A stretch of 64,000 nt of DNA, taken from the NCBI RefSeq assembly GCF_009834535.1, contig NC_045697.1, positions 115,136,001 to 115,200,000 on the forward strand, in the 5' to 3' direction. Origin of the DNA: Camelus ferus (lineage: Eukaryota). The notes under the pieces were generated by a model that was not told where the DNA came from, ran no database searches, and saw only the letters and a program-made list of their open reading frames with translations. Both the position numbers and the translations under genes were made by a program. Shown here one piece after another: positions 13,197 to 26,870 of the stretch (within the stretch, counting starts at the first letter, position 1; each line of letters starts with the position of its first letter).

Positions 13197-13320
13197 TTAC
13201 AAAACTGCATGGCCTCAATGTGTCACTTGCCTCACAGGGGGGTCCTGTGCTATGATGCACACTGCCTGTTGCACTTTTATAGCTGGTGAGCCTAGAAATG
13301 TAACTTCACTTTTAAACGGT
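13197..13320 (+). pseudogene. env: env TM remnant #2 (ISD and CX6CC)
   Basis: LQNCMA / NVSLASQGG / CAMMHTACCTFIAGEPRNVTSLL, with an intact CX6CC at 13246-13272. Confidence 0.85.
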
Positions 13321-13627
13321 GAGATCTCAGATTCAGGAAAAGGAGACGCAGAGGCCTAGGCATCAGAAGTGAACACCAAACTATCCAGCTGGTGTTCAGG
13401 TCTGTTTTCCTTGGGGCTCTCAAAGCCTTTGATCTGTCTTTTTAGAAATCTTTCAATTCCTGCTGTAATTCTTTCAAAACCCCCAATAATTGGCATGATC
13501 ATGTTCGTTCCTTTCATTTAAAGATGCCCAGACATCGCCCCAAAGTCATCAGGAAACAGCTAGGGGAGAATGATGTCCATTTCCCTATTTCCATACAAAT
13601 GGAAGGAATGAACTAACAGTGCAGATT

Positions 13628-14127
13628 TGAAGGAATAGGAAAGGAACTAATTCCTCTGATGCTGAAACTGTTTGCTGATTTTTTTCTGACTGAGAAGTTC
13701 TGCAATTTGCTCCCTCTCCCTTACTGCTCTTGTGCTAAGCAGCCCCCAAGCCTCTCCCTGACATGTTTTATAATAGTCTTAGCCCAGAGGCTGTGCTCCA
13801 GGAAGAAGGTGATGGGCCAATAATCTCACAAGAGTAGACAGACCCTCCACTGTTCCGCCATGACGCCAGAAGGGTTCATCCAGGTTAGGAGGAACGTAGC
13901 AGTACCCTGTAAAGTGCCCTGATTGTTACCACCTTTTCTGTTCCAGCCAGTTTTCTATAAAACTTCAAGGCCCCAACCCCAGGGTGGATTCACAGTCACC
14001 AAGGCATGAGTCTCCTGTGACTCCCCGTTCCCTGGCAAAGCAATATGACTATTGTTTTTCTCCCCAAACTCTGCCTCCAAGTCTCAATCTGGCTTTCGGT
14101 GCGCAAGACGCGGGTTTTGTGGCAACC
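13628..14127 (+). repeat. 3' LTR of provirus #1
   Basis: starts TG after a decayed purine tract; TATAAAA at ~13956; ends ...gtggcaac; repeats 9639-9849. Confidence 0.85.
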
Positions 14128-15059
14128 AAGTAACACTATATAAAAGGAGATCAAGTCAACATAGTTGATAAAAATTTCAATCTAAATAGCTTCCTCTGCT
14201 ATATTGATTAGAGTAAGTCAACTGTTGACATAGATGACACAAAATTTAAAATTAGAACACAGCCAAAAAGAAAAATATGGCAACCTAAAATGGAGGATTA
14301 AACAATATACTTATAAGAGAGAAGTCTTTTTTATTATAATTATCCTGTCTGCACCTTCCTATATATTGTCAAACTATGCTTGTTTTATAATTTTTCTAAG
14401 GGGAAAATTAAATATTTATTTTAAGCAACCTGAAATTTAATCTCATTGTATTATTGTTCACTGGTATTGGAAGCTCTTTGGTAAACTTAAAGAACATGCA
14501 TTCATTTTTACAGAGTTATATTGACCACAGTTATTTTTTCACATTACTCGTAATCTCTCATAATCTGTCAACTCTGTCAGGTAAATATATACCATACACA
14601 ATGTCATTCCTTAAAAGTCAATATGAAATTAACACCTTTTCAAGATATAAACATATGCAGGATGTTTCATTACTTTCTTTATTGTTTAAGGCACTGAGAG
14701 AAGAGTCATTACATTTAAAATTGAAATAATAGTGAGATGCATGGCAAGTCATCAAGTATGCTTTCTTTCCATAAACTAAAATCAAAGCAAGGATGACTAG
14801 AATGATTAGGAGAATTTGATTTTTCTACTTTGAGCCTGAGAAATGAACAACAGATTATTTTAAATCAGTAGTTATGAGAGTGACCTGTATCTTCCTAAGA
14901 TAAGGAATAGATTGCTCATAGACAGATTGATAAATAGTCTTATAGAAGAGATAAACGAATAGATGACTGATAGTTATATGCAACACTTAGAAAATATACT
15001 TTTATTTTGGATAAAGCTGTTGTACAGATTATAAGATGTATGTTAAGACGACGATAAGC

Positions 15060-15265
15060 CGTGTAAGTCCAGGTGCAGCGTGAGGTGTGCTTGGCTATGT
15101 CAAGAAAGCCAAACTTAACTTCACTACTGACTAGCTGTGTAAATACGCTGAAGTCATTGAATTTCCAAATACCTTTGTTTTCTTTCCTTTTAGAAGGGGC
15201 AGTAATATAAGTTCACTTCCCAAAGATGAAATTGAATAAATCTATTCATATGTAAACAATGATTG
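15060..15265 (+). mobile_element. MIR SINE relic
   Basis: cactactgactagctgtgt...aagtcattgaatt...cctttgttttctttccttttagaaggggcagtaata. Confidence 0.55.
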
Positions 15266-15954
15266 CATCAAACAGAATATAAACATCGGGTGAAAATGGT
15301 GTGAGAATGAATTTGAGTTTTAGCTGGATTTCTCAGATTATATCTGCATGACATAACAAGATTATCAATATCACGTATGTTTAACACATATAGGTCTACA
15401 TTTAATTTAGAGATAGTACCACCAGTGTGGCAGATTAATGAATCAAGAAGTTTATCATGATATTTTTGTACTAATTTTTTAACTTAAATATAGACTTATT
15501 TTTTCCTTCCAAGAGCAACAAATATATTTAAAATGAGACCTGGCTGCTCTTGGATTCAATATAATAACATGAATATATAATAATATAATTATTATAAGTA
15601 TAATGATATCATTTGTAAATAAGTATGAATTTATAATAATGACATCATATGTAAAATGTAAAGGACTTTACATGCACCCATCAGAATTACTTATGTAAAT
15701 AATAAATATTCCACTGATCATGACAAATAGAAAATTTGATTTCCCTGTTTTGATAATGATTTACCTTTTAATAATTCTTCTAGAGAAAACAAGGATTCTT
15801 GAGCCTCTTCTCTGGGCAGGAATCTTGGGTCAGATGCTTCTGGTGAGAAGAGATAAACATCATTGTTCCCTGTACCTTTTTGCCTCTTTCCATAGGTCTG
15901 AGACCCTTATGTCTGCCTATGGGGAGGATTTTGGATTTTTGTTTTGGGTTTGTT

Positions 15955-16147
15955 TTCTTTCCCCTCATTTTGTTGAGATATAATACTGTGTAAGCTTAAG
16001 ATTTATGATGGGTTGATTTGACCCACTTATCTCTTGCCATGTGATGACCACCGCAGCATCATGTCACATGATTATCATTTCTTTTTTTGTATGAGAACAA
16101 TTAAGAGCTAGTCTCAGCAACTTTTGAAGTCTATGTTACAGAATTGT
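15955..16147 (-). mobile_element. L1 3' end fragment (L1MA-like)
   Basis: ttgagatataa...tgtaagcttaag...tgatgaccacc...atgagaacaattaagagctagtctcagcaacttt. Confidence 0.65.
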
Positions 16148-19100
16148 CAGGAGGGACCAGTCCCTCTTTGAAATGAGGCTCATGCAGAGAATTCTCCCTT
16201 TTGTAGAACTTGGAATCAACTGATTTGATATCTTAAGTACAAAAGTTCAACTTGTTGAAGAACGCCTCAGGGTGTGTTTGATACACTGCCATTTGGAAAT
16301 TTCCTACAGACTGAAGAGTGAGGAGCTGGGAGAAGGCTGATATTTCTGGGAGTAGCATTGGTAAGTTACATCAGAATGTATCCAGGTGGAAAAGCCCCAA
16401 GCATTCTAACTGACTGGGTCGTGTGTGTGTGTGTGTACACATACGTGTGTGTACACACATATCTGTATCAGTGTGCATGTGTAAAATGAAATACCATTTC
16501 CTCTGAGCATTTCCACAATTCTGGGAAACATAGTACTTTATTCAAGTCATCCCTGAATTAGTGCGGAATGGAAAGATAAAATTCTACTTATCCCACTAAT
16601 GGGACCATTATCACCTGAACAAATTCAAGGGGCTTGAAGCTGAGGCCAGGGATTTAGATGGCTCCAGAGAGCAAATGATCCAGGAGTGATTGCAGAAACC
16701 ACCCTCAAAGGAGATATTTTATTTTTCACTCCATCAGCAAGTAAGAATGACTAACCATTCATAATTTGTGGACACGTGTGACCAGTCCAAGAATTTTACA
16801 GCTGTTTGGGCTGAAGCCTCCCAGGATGTTATCTAATAAAAAAAGATACAGGATTGAAATATTAAGATCGAATATTGGCAAAAGTGCAAGACAAAGGCTG
16901 AGATGGTTTCTAGCTGGCTGTTGTCAATCAGTGTATCAAAAATAGCTTCCCACACTGACAACAAAGACCCCGTACACTGCTGGTTCTCATTAGCTATCAT
17001 TTGCCTCCTTTATTCATGAACAGAATAGGCAAGACTATAGAACTAAAAATTAATTTTGAAAATAATTTTCCAAATAAAGATTTTATGTGATGGCGGCAGA
17101 ATAAAACCCAGAGTTTCTCTTCACATTTCATCTAAAACAGAAGCAAGGCATGTCTAGATATCTTACATGCAGTCCTGGAGACCGAAGGCTTACACTGTGT
17201 TTCCTTTCACAACAAATTATTCTGCTGTGGTTGCAGCAAGCTTTAGGATTGTGGCTACTTAGCGTGAGAAATGTCAGTCCCGTCTTCTCATTTCACAGAT
17301 GGGGAAACTGGGGCCAAGAGATCCATATTTGGGAGCACAAGCCACGAACCCACCAAGACCATGTCTTGTACCTGTGCCCACATGGCTGCTGAAAACGAAT
17401 CTAACTTATTTTCCTATATTAGGTGAGGAAGTTGAGAGCCAGAAGGTTCAAATTATTCACCTGTGCTTAATGGCCAGTTGGTAGTTTTGAAGAGACGAGA
17501 ACAAATGTGTGCTGATTGCATCACCTATTAACTTTGGGTGGTTATTTTTGTAGTATTGCTGTCTCTACCCTAAGTCTCCTGGGGGGCAAGGATCATGGTC
17601 CACATGGTGGATATTTCTAATAACCTCTAAGCATATTTCACCTTGTGGTACTCAACAGGTGATCAGTGAAAACAGGAACGCATGAGAAGAAAATAATGCA
17701 GCCTAAAAGACGATGATTTAACATAACCAACATTGAAAGACAGGAAACACCTCATTCAAATTATTTCATGTATCTGCACTAAGACAAGAAATGCAAAAGT
17801 ATACAGCAGGACTTACCTATTTGAAAGCAAACCAAGGGCAGCTTTCTAAAGTAAGGTCACCCAAGCCCAATGTATAACACATGGTTATCTCTAAAATATG
17901 TTGTTCTTGAAGCTTTTGAATTTTTGAAAATGCATCATTATCAAGGCAGACATGGCACAGCTTGCCTAACGCTTTGATGTTGGATGACTAGCTCTTACGC
18001 TCTGTTTTCTTTGTGGTTAAATCCTTGGTTGAAGGGCTTGCAAGTCCGCCAAAATAAAATAAAAAGAAAAATAATTACCACATAGGATAATACATCGACC
18101 TCACAAATCACTGAGCTAAAATGAAAGGAGATTGCAAAAGTACGGTGAGGTTGTATCTAGCTTCTAAACTGAGTAATGATGGTGGTAAAATAAATATGAG
18201 AATGTTTATTTCAGTCTGTAATTCTTGGCTTATTCTCTAGTGAGAGCCTTATCATGTAAATGTAGCTAGTGTGCATTTAAGAAAGCCAAGTTGTAAAGTT
18301 CTCACAATTTTGTTATAATGTCTTGTACTTGTGAAAGTATTTCAGAGTGTATGATTCTTTATAAGAAGATATATGAACATGTTTTCATCATCCCTTACAC
18401 AAAATCAAAGTATTTGAGGTAAAAAAGATCATACAATTGGGTATTCTGTGTGCAAGTGTCCTATGGGAAAAATAAATTCATTGGCACCAACTTGAGCATC
18501 ACAAATGCATAAACATTCTTGATTTTTCTACCTCTGATCCCCTTTTAAAATGAGGAGTCACAACAAATGCGTTTATATGCAAATATAATGTAAGCAAATA
18601 TTAGCTATGTAAATTGTATATATGTTAAATGCAGAAAAGTTGTATATTTACAAACTCAACAGATTTCTTGACTGCCTACTGAAGCTTAGGCATTATACCA
18701 GGCGGTAAGAGTATAGGGACCTATGGCCCTGCCTTCCAGTGCAGTGATTTACAACCCTGGCTCTGTTTCATTGTTACTTATGGAGATTCTAAAATAAAGA
18801 CACCTGACGCCACTTTGGGAAACTAAGATTCGGAACCTCTCAGGCAGGTTCTGATGAATTCTATTAAAACTCAGTAATTAAAATGAACACGTACTTCTTA
18901 AAAACCAGCCTCATCTGTATGACTTAGTGTGAGGAAAAGTGTAATGAAAATCATTCTAAGAATGCCATATAAATACCCGCTGGGTACAGAATGAGCATGG
19001 ATGAAAGATGTCTAACCCACTGTATGTTTCCCAAAACTCATTGCATGAGTCTCAGGCTGTTTGATTTGGGTTTTAATAAATAGAGGGTAAGAAAATACAA

Positions 19101-19399
19101 CAGATTTTCTGCAAAGCTTTAGGTACAGAATAGATGAGATTGGAGAGGCAACCACAGACAGATCATGAGGTGCACTGAGCATTTTGAAATCTTCCTGGAA
19201 GGCAGTAGGCACTCATGTACATAGAAGAGTCCTATCTGTATTCTGGGAAGTGAACTCTGACTTCAGAGTTAACATCCAGTGTCAATTCTTACAGGAATCA
19301 GGGACTATGTCTCCCAGCATGCCCCTCAGCAGCCTCCAGAGTTAGGCCAGACTCTTTGAGTCAGAGCCCAAGTAAACAATTGAAGAAAAAAAAAAAAAT

Positions 19400-19775
19400 G
19401 TCAGAGATGGTAGAATTAGTGAATAGGGAGTTTAAAACAGCTGTTAACAATATTTATAAAGTTTTAAAGTAAATTGTGAAGATGATGGGGGATGGCATGG
19501 AAGATGTTTTTAAAAAGAATCAAACAGAACTTTTAAAACTTGGAGATAGATTGATAGACAAATAGGAATGATAATATATCTGTTCACTGAACTGACCTAG
19601 CAGAATAAATTTAGACTAAAATATTAGTGAAAATTAGAACATAGCAATCGAAATTATCCAAACTGAAGTAGAGAAAGAAAAGGGTAAAGAAAATGAACAA
19701 GGCCTCTTTAACCTGTGGAATAACATATAATGGTCTAGCATATATGTTTAGAGTCCCAGATTTCAAGAGAGAAAA
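19400..19775 (+). mobile_element. old L1 5'/ORF1 region remnant
   Basis: cagagatggtagaattag...tttaaaacagct...attagtgaaattagaacatagcaatcgaaattatccaaactgaa...aatgaacaaggcctc...cctgtgg...gagtcccaga. Confidence 0.7.
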
Positions 19776-20204
19776 AGGGTCGAATATGAGCTCACTAGTA
19801 AAAGCCAGAACACAGAGCCTAGGACGGGAACAATGCTAGTAGTGGGGGCAGGCTGTCGTGCTAACATGCACAATACTCTGCCTGCCCTTGATGAAGTTGG
19901 TGCTAATTGGTCCTGTGGTTCAATTGAAGACTGAAATATATTTAATCATATGAAAGCAATTTATTAAATATATATACTTTAGTCACAAGCTTGTCTAGGT
20001 GCTGGGTAGTGACTTGAACTCCAGGGGAATTCTAGATGGAGTTCTAGATGCATCCTAGATAGAGTTCTAGAATGGAGCGTACCAAGAAAAAGATGAAAGC
20101 AGGAAACCCTTGAGCGGGCATCTATTATGGTCCAGTAGTGGGAGAAAATGTGGGTCAGAATTTGTTCAGTGGGAAGTGAACACTCAGGAAAAGGATGGGT
20201 TTAA

Positions 20205-20302
20205 AAGGACATATATATTATGTATATGTGTAACTCAATCACTGCTGTACTCCAGAAACTAACACAACATTGTAAATCAACTATACTTCAATAAAAATTA
20301 AA
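20205..20302 (+). mobile_element. L1 3' terminal fragment
   Basis: taactcaatcactgctgtactccagaaactaacacaacattgtaaatcaactatacttcaataaaaa. Confidence 0.85.
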
Positions 20303-20599
20303 TCAAACTAAATTAAGTTTTTTAGAAAGACTTTATGGAAGTAGACTAGAATTTGGCCACGCTGACTGAATAAGGGTGAGGAACAATTCATATTAGATTG
20401 GAAATTTTGAAATATGAAGGAAAGAAAAAGTGTCATAGAGAAAGAAGACAGATATGTTCTAATGCATATATGTAAATATTTCAAAGCATGGACAGGGCAA
20501 GAAGTTAGAAATGTCAAGAAAATACGTGGTTGAACTAAACCTTCTGAGTCAGGATCATACATTTAGATTTGGGGATGATTTTTAAATGTATTTTCTTTT

Positions 20600-20952
20600 T
20601 TGTATTTTTTTTTATTGAAGTATAGTCAGTTTACAATGTGTCAGTTTCTATTGCACAGCATAAAACTTCAGTCATACGTGAACATACATATATTCATTTT
20701 CATATTCTTTTTCGTCATAAGTTACTACGAGATAGTGAATATAGTTCCCTGTGCTATACAATATAAACTTGTTATTTATTTTACATATAGTGGTTAGTAT
20801 CTGCAAATCTCAAAGTCCCAGTTTATCCCTTCCCACCCCCATAAGTTTGTTTTCTATGTCTGTGGGTCTGTTTCTGTTTTGTAAATAAGTTTGTCTTTTT
20901 TTTTTTTTTAATTCCACATATAAGTGATATCATATGGTATTTTATCTTTCTT
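20600..20952 (-). mobile_element. L1 3' UTR fragment (younger subfamily)
   Basis: ttttttattgaagtatagtcagtttacaatgtgtc...gaatatagttccctgtgctataca...tgtaaataagtt...attccacatataagtgatatcatatggtattt. Confidence 0.9.
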
Positions 20953-22793
20953 AATGTCTAAAACCATTTGGTGTACTTAGTAATTTTTCAGCCAAAATTT
21001 TTTATTTAATGAATTAATATGATTTGTGCATCAGCATTTGGGGAAGACTGCAATATTTTTCATGGTGGGTAAAAAGGTGGGAGGGGATCCCTAGGTACTT
21101 GGAAAGACAGCGTTTACTTAGAAGATTGAAGGCAGCCATAAACTCAAAAGTGGCGATGAGAATGCCCTGCTACAGTGATTGCAGGATGAAGCTTTTATAG
21201 AAGACACTTTGCATATCATCAAAACAGTGAAAGGATTATGGGTAGCAGCTTTTGTTAAGGAAATTAAATGTGTGGACACAACAGATAGGTTGTTTATTGA
21301 GGAAAAGGTGAGACTCAGTATATGTAACTAGGTCACGAAGCAATAGGATGTAAAACTGATCTGAGTTAATTTCTCACCATAAACTTAAAATACAGTCCAC
21401 ATGAGTATTTCCAAATGTTAATGCTTTTAGTGTATCCTATAGCAGAACAGGGCTATAAAGTATGCAGTGCTGAAAACAGCATTATCATCTAATATTAAAA
21501 GCATTGATTGGAGGAAGTGAACAATTGTGGCAAAGTCTATGGACTCGTTAGCATTCCAAAGTATCACGTAGCACTGAAATCTTTTCAATACTCTGCCCCA
21601 GGCAGCCTTTCCACTGAGAAGTGTGGGATGGTGTATGTGATCTGTGCCAGCTCTACTCTCTGCTGCCAAGGTTAATTCATCCAGATCAGTCTTGGGTATC
21701 TAGAGTTGTCTCAACCTGCTTATAAAAAATAGGACAACCAAAATCAGCAGCACTTTTTGTCCATTGCCTTGAGGACTTTATGTTGATATGTGGAGCAACT
21801 GCATATTTTTATCAGTGTAACATCGAAGATCAGTGTATAGTAAGCATTTGTTTATTTACATTTATTTGTTTTTCCCTAAAAGACTCACAGGCTTTCTCAT
21901 TTTCTATAATGTGCAATAATTATGTCAGTAATCAAAGTATCACATTCAGTACATTTTCTCTCACTTTCTAAATCAGTCACTGTGTTGATTTTAAAGATGG
22001 ACAGATAGACAATAACAAACACATTCACACACATATGCATGGTGTTTCACATATATGTACACAATTTATAAATAAGTTTGAGACAAGAGACAAGTAACTT
22101 AATCATCATAAAAATTCCACCAAAAACTCATCAACAGTAATTCAAGAGATTTATATTGATTATGTCCTCTTATTAGATATAGAAGAAGACTTGAAAATAA
22201 TACAGAATTTTTTATAGTTAGTAAATATACACTGGCAAGTGTTTCCATCAATGGCTGTATCTCTATGCTATCCATTATTCATTTATCTGACAATTCTTAG
22301 ATGCAAGATACATCACCAGTCTCTAGGAATGTGATCAACTTCTCTTCTAAACCAAATAATGACTCTCAAAAAAAGTACTGTATAATTTAGTAGAAGTGTA
22401 AAGTTGTTACTGTTTTGTTTTAAAAGATGTCAACTAAATCCAAAAAAAGATTCATGTCAGCAATTATTTAAGAATAATGTTAACCCATTCTAAACTCATT
22501 CCTGGGAATTATAATTATATAGCAATTTGAGAGGAAGGAAGAGAGTAAAATCAAGTGATGGAATGTAGCAATTCATAGTTATAGATTCAGTAGTAAACAT
22601 TTAATTTCCTTCCAGTATTTTTAGAACCTGATTCCTACCTCTACAATCCTCTTTATCATTGTTCACTAAATTAAATAAACAAACAAACAAAACAAGACAA
22701 AAAAATAGTATGAAAATAATGACAGTGGCTAGTGTTTTAGTAATACCCTCTCCTACTTTTTTGATTTGGGAAAATATATGTTTGAAATAATAC

Positions 22794-23313
22794 TGTTACC
22801 AAATCCAAACTCATTCTGCTGGCCACATGACAGGCCAATAAATTGGGAGATGAGCTGTTGGGACAAGGATTAGCGACTTCATTCAGAAAGCCAGCAGACC
22901 AAGAAGGTGGCAGACTAATGTCTTGGAGAACCATCCTCCCCAAGTCAGAATTCAGGCTCCTTTTATACTGAAAAGGGGAGGGGGCGTGCTTGCTTGTTGC
23001 AAACTTCTTGGTGTAGGAATCCTTTGTTCTTGCAGCTGTCCATGTGGGTCAGGTCATGGTGTCCCTGTAAACCTCCAACAAAACAATTGTTATTTTCTAT
23101 TCTGCAACTTTTATCTCTATAAGTATGGAAAAATGTTAATATCTTTGAAGGTCAGAGCCTTGAGGATGGGCTCTCCTGTCTATTTCAGGCTCTAGGCAAC
23201 ATTCTTTTATAAAAGGTGCATAACCAGCATGACTGAGCCCAGGAAACAGAGCACAGGGTTAGAGCTAAAGGAACAGATCTCCTAGGGAGTCAGATTTGTT
23301 CTTCCCTATGACA
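22794..23313 (-). mobile_element. solo ERV1-type LTR (MER41-like)
   Basis: TG...CA; exact 4-bp TSD atac at 22790-22793 and 23314-23317; homologous to 6407-6940. Confidence 0.9.
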
Positions 23314-26300
23314 ATACTATGGTACTAACAAGAATCTATAAGGTTGTGATTATTAAAGTCTTAAATCTGCAGCAACATATATGACTCAAGTGTTAAACAA
23401 AACCAATTTGGGGATAAAGCAGGTGGCAAAACAGGGTTGAAGTTTATCTGAAAAACATCAGAACTATTGAACTGCATGAGGGAATTCAGCAAATGTTGGG
23501 GTAAAGAGATTAGAACTAATATAGCTCATTTTTATCAATATATTTCTTCTTGGCACTTTAATTCTCCTGTCACAGCTTCACTTCAGTGCAGTGAGACCAT
23601 TGCTTAGGTTGGTTGTAGATTTTCATACATCGGCTGTGGAACAGTGAGCTACCAAGAGGAACCATATATTGTAGTGATGGCTCATTTGTGGTGCTATGAT
23701 AATTTATATTATACAACAATATTTGATCAATTTTTCAATGTATTATTTAATTTTACTTTACTTTTTCATACAATAAAGTTCTGGAAAGTAGAAATCCCTA
23801 ATATTGGTAAAGAAAGGTCTAGATTTCCTGTTCCTAAAGCAATTATAATAACCTGGAAATAGTGACATTTTCCAATTAGCAAATTTTTAACCTCAATAAA
23901 AAGAAAAGGTTAATTAAAAAAATTTGTTGATTTACAATGTTAGTTTCAGTTTACAATGTTAGTGATTCAGTTATACATATAAATACATATATATTTCTTG
24001 TGATAGCATATAATTAAAAAGGATCTGAGAAGAAAAAAATGACTAATTTTTAAGCATAGTCCCTATATATTCCATTGTGAAATAAAAATGAATAGTTGAA
24101 AATATATCAAAAAGCTAGGAATATGTTATCATCAGATGACAAAATTTTCATAATGTATTTCACTCTTCCAAGGTAGTTATTCTTTATAACTCTAATATCT
24201 ATTACATGACTTTGGCAGTTTTTTGGTTTTTTTTTTTGGTTTATATTCACAAGTTTGTCAGACAGCAAAGAATAGATTTTGATTTTTTTTAAATCGAATA
24301 TGATTTATGTCATTTATGTTTATATCACTTTATGTTCCTTGTTTAACAATTAAACTTACTTAGTATTTTGTTTAATCCCACCTTCACTTTTAGAAAAGAG
24401 GTGGAGGAAAAGAAGCAATAAATGAAGCCAAGCAATTCAAACAGTATCCAAAAACTAGGATGTTGTACTCACAGCAACATCATTGGCGGCCAGGATTTAG
24501 ATGATGGTCTTTTTTTAATTGTGATGATGTTTTATAATACAGAAGACTTTTAGGGGTGTGGTGGGAAAGGGACTGCCAGAACTAAGTAAGCCCCATTGAA
24601 CATCTCAGTTAAGTTAGCAGTTATCCATTTGTCCACACCAAATTGTACTCAGGCCCATATATGGTGATTCTTAGTGCTACTGATAACTTACAAAATACAA
24701 GTTTAAAAAACAAAATGATGTCAAATTATGCAGGATTTCCATTTCCTGGCAATAATATTGCCTATTCAGTAAACACTTTTCTACCATTTTCACTTAAATA
24801 GAAAGAATAAAGGATTAAAATGATAAGTAATTAATATTAAAATTTAATGTTTAAATATTTTTACTGTTTAATATTTAAAGAAGCTATGTATTCTCCGTGA
24901 CCCAATACTAGTGATAAAACACCATGCAAATACATTCAATTATTAGATCTAACACACTAGCATTATAAAAGGCTGATTGTGTCAAAATGCTAGCTTCTAA
25001 AGGACTAAAGGAAATTCGGATTACATGTTCTTGCCTTCCAATTCCTTGTAGCATAATGGAGGAAACAAGATGCATGTAATAGAAAATTGGAGGGTTTTAT
25101 CTGGTGGTATATAAACAAGTGCTATAATATTTGCTAAGACAATGATTTATATAGAAGCATTAGATGAAGAAGGAAACACTGTGGAGAGGAAACGTTAAAG
25201 AAAGATGTATTAGAGAGATGGTACCTAGGATGCACTTTACAGGACATTTGTGTCTCACTAGGATTCCAGCTAACCTCTCATCTGTTTTCTGAAGTCATAC
25301 ATGCCATTTTCACCCACATCACTCCCAGTATGAATGTCAGTCCCTCCTTGATTTCCCTCAAATGTATAATTCAAAAAAAAATTAATTGTGTAATGTATAC
25401 TTCAGTAAAGTGTGTACAGAGAGGAAAAAATATAGATATCTGCAAAACAAATTAATATAAAATCTCCTTAGACATACCTATTTTCTAATAGCCAAGGTCC
25501 CTACTCAGATTTCTCCTCACATATTTCCTCTACAGTGGCAACCTTGCTAGAAATGTTTTTTCCTCTCTCTCCTGGATTTTCCAGAGACATTCAAATTCTC
25601 CTCTTCATCATGTGGAACATCTCAGCCTAAGCCCATGTCTAACTTTTAAGCTTGCATATCCCAATGCAAACAAAAGTGCTTCCATTTTACAAGATCCACC
25701 CTCCAGTGGGTACAGTTTTAAAGTCTGCCTTTGACAATACTCATGGTTCTAGCTAAGCTAATTTCTTATAATTATATTGCTGTCTTAAAGAGGAATTTGG
25801 AGAGATATAGATATACTTTTACCATAATACCCAGGTCAAATTATGAAGGTAGAAGACTGATTGGACAAGATCAAACAAAGCACAGAATAAGAAGTAAAAA
25901 TGAGCTATGTCGGGTAAAACAGGAAGTTCAACTTTTGGAATCCAGTTCTTATGTTGGTATATAAAGGAAGATAAATTTAAGTTGATAATAGAAAACAGGT
26001 GACTTTATTTTAAAAATTTGAGTACTATAAATGTCTTGCTGAAGGCTTAAAATCCAATGTGATAAGCATCAACAGCACCTTAGCAATCAAGCCAATCAAG
26101 CCTGTTACAAAGTACAAGAACTACATTTAGAATAGAAGCATGGTGATGGTTCAGAAATCAGGTCAAAGGTGAAGGAAAGTATGAGTAGATAGGAAAGAAG
26201 GCTACTGAAGCAAACCAAATATGGGATGATTGATTTTCAAATCAGGAAGGGTGATACAGATAAAGAGGGAGACTGAATCTGAAGACTTAGAAAAATCAAA

Positions 26301-26351
26301 TTGCGTGGCATATTAAGGCACATGTCAGATTAACATTTACGTATCAAAATT

Positions 26352-26870
26352 ATTTTTATTGAACTATAGTTGACTTACAGTGTTGTGTTAGTTGTTTCAG
26401 GTGTATAGCAAAGTGATTCAGTTATAAATATTTATATCCTTTTTCAAATTCTTTTTCATTATAGGTTGTAATAAAATATTGAAATTAGTTCCCTGGGCTC
26501 TACAGTAGGACCTGTTTTATATATGATAGTGTATATCTGTTAATCCCTAACACCTTACTTACCCCTCCCTCCTCTTTCCCCTTAGGTAACCATAATTTTA
26601 TTTTCTATGTCTATGAGTCTGTTTCTGTTTTGTAAATAAGTTCGTTTGTTTTTTTTTTTTTTTTAGATTTCATATACAAGTGAGATCATATGATATTTGT
26701 CTTTTTCTGTCTGACTTACTTTACTTACAATGATAATCTCCAGGTCCATCCGTGTTGCTGCAAATAGATTATTTCATTCTTTTTTTATGGCTGAGTAATA
26801 TTCCATTGTATACATATATCACATCTTCTTTATTTAGTCATCTGTTAATGGACATTTAGGTTGTTTCCAT
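26352..26870 (-). mobile_element. L1 3' UTR fragment
   Basis: tttttattgaactatagttgacttaca...gatttcatatacaagtgagatcata...ccaggtccatccgtgttgctgcaaat...ggacatttaggttgtttccat. Confidence 0.9.

Larger units (their letters stand above)
9639..14127 (+). mobile_element. degenerate mosaic ERV1 (MER4-group-like) provirus #1
   Basis: direct repeat of 9639-9849 at 13628-13840; internal integrase, env and protease remnants; internal homology to provirus #2; TSD not resolved. Confidence 0.85.

Noticed and set aside
17808..17822. Minus-strand splice donor (acttacct) marking an exon
   Set aside because: I could not find a matching acceptor or coherent reading frame.
20028..20075. Repeated ttctaga palindromic units
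   Set aside because: Short and irregular, consistent with local slippage, with no supporting context.
6407..23313. Same-family LTR pair as the ends of one large provirus
   Set aside because: The copies are in opposite orientation and the 22794 copy has its own TSD, so they are independent solo LTRs.
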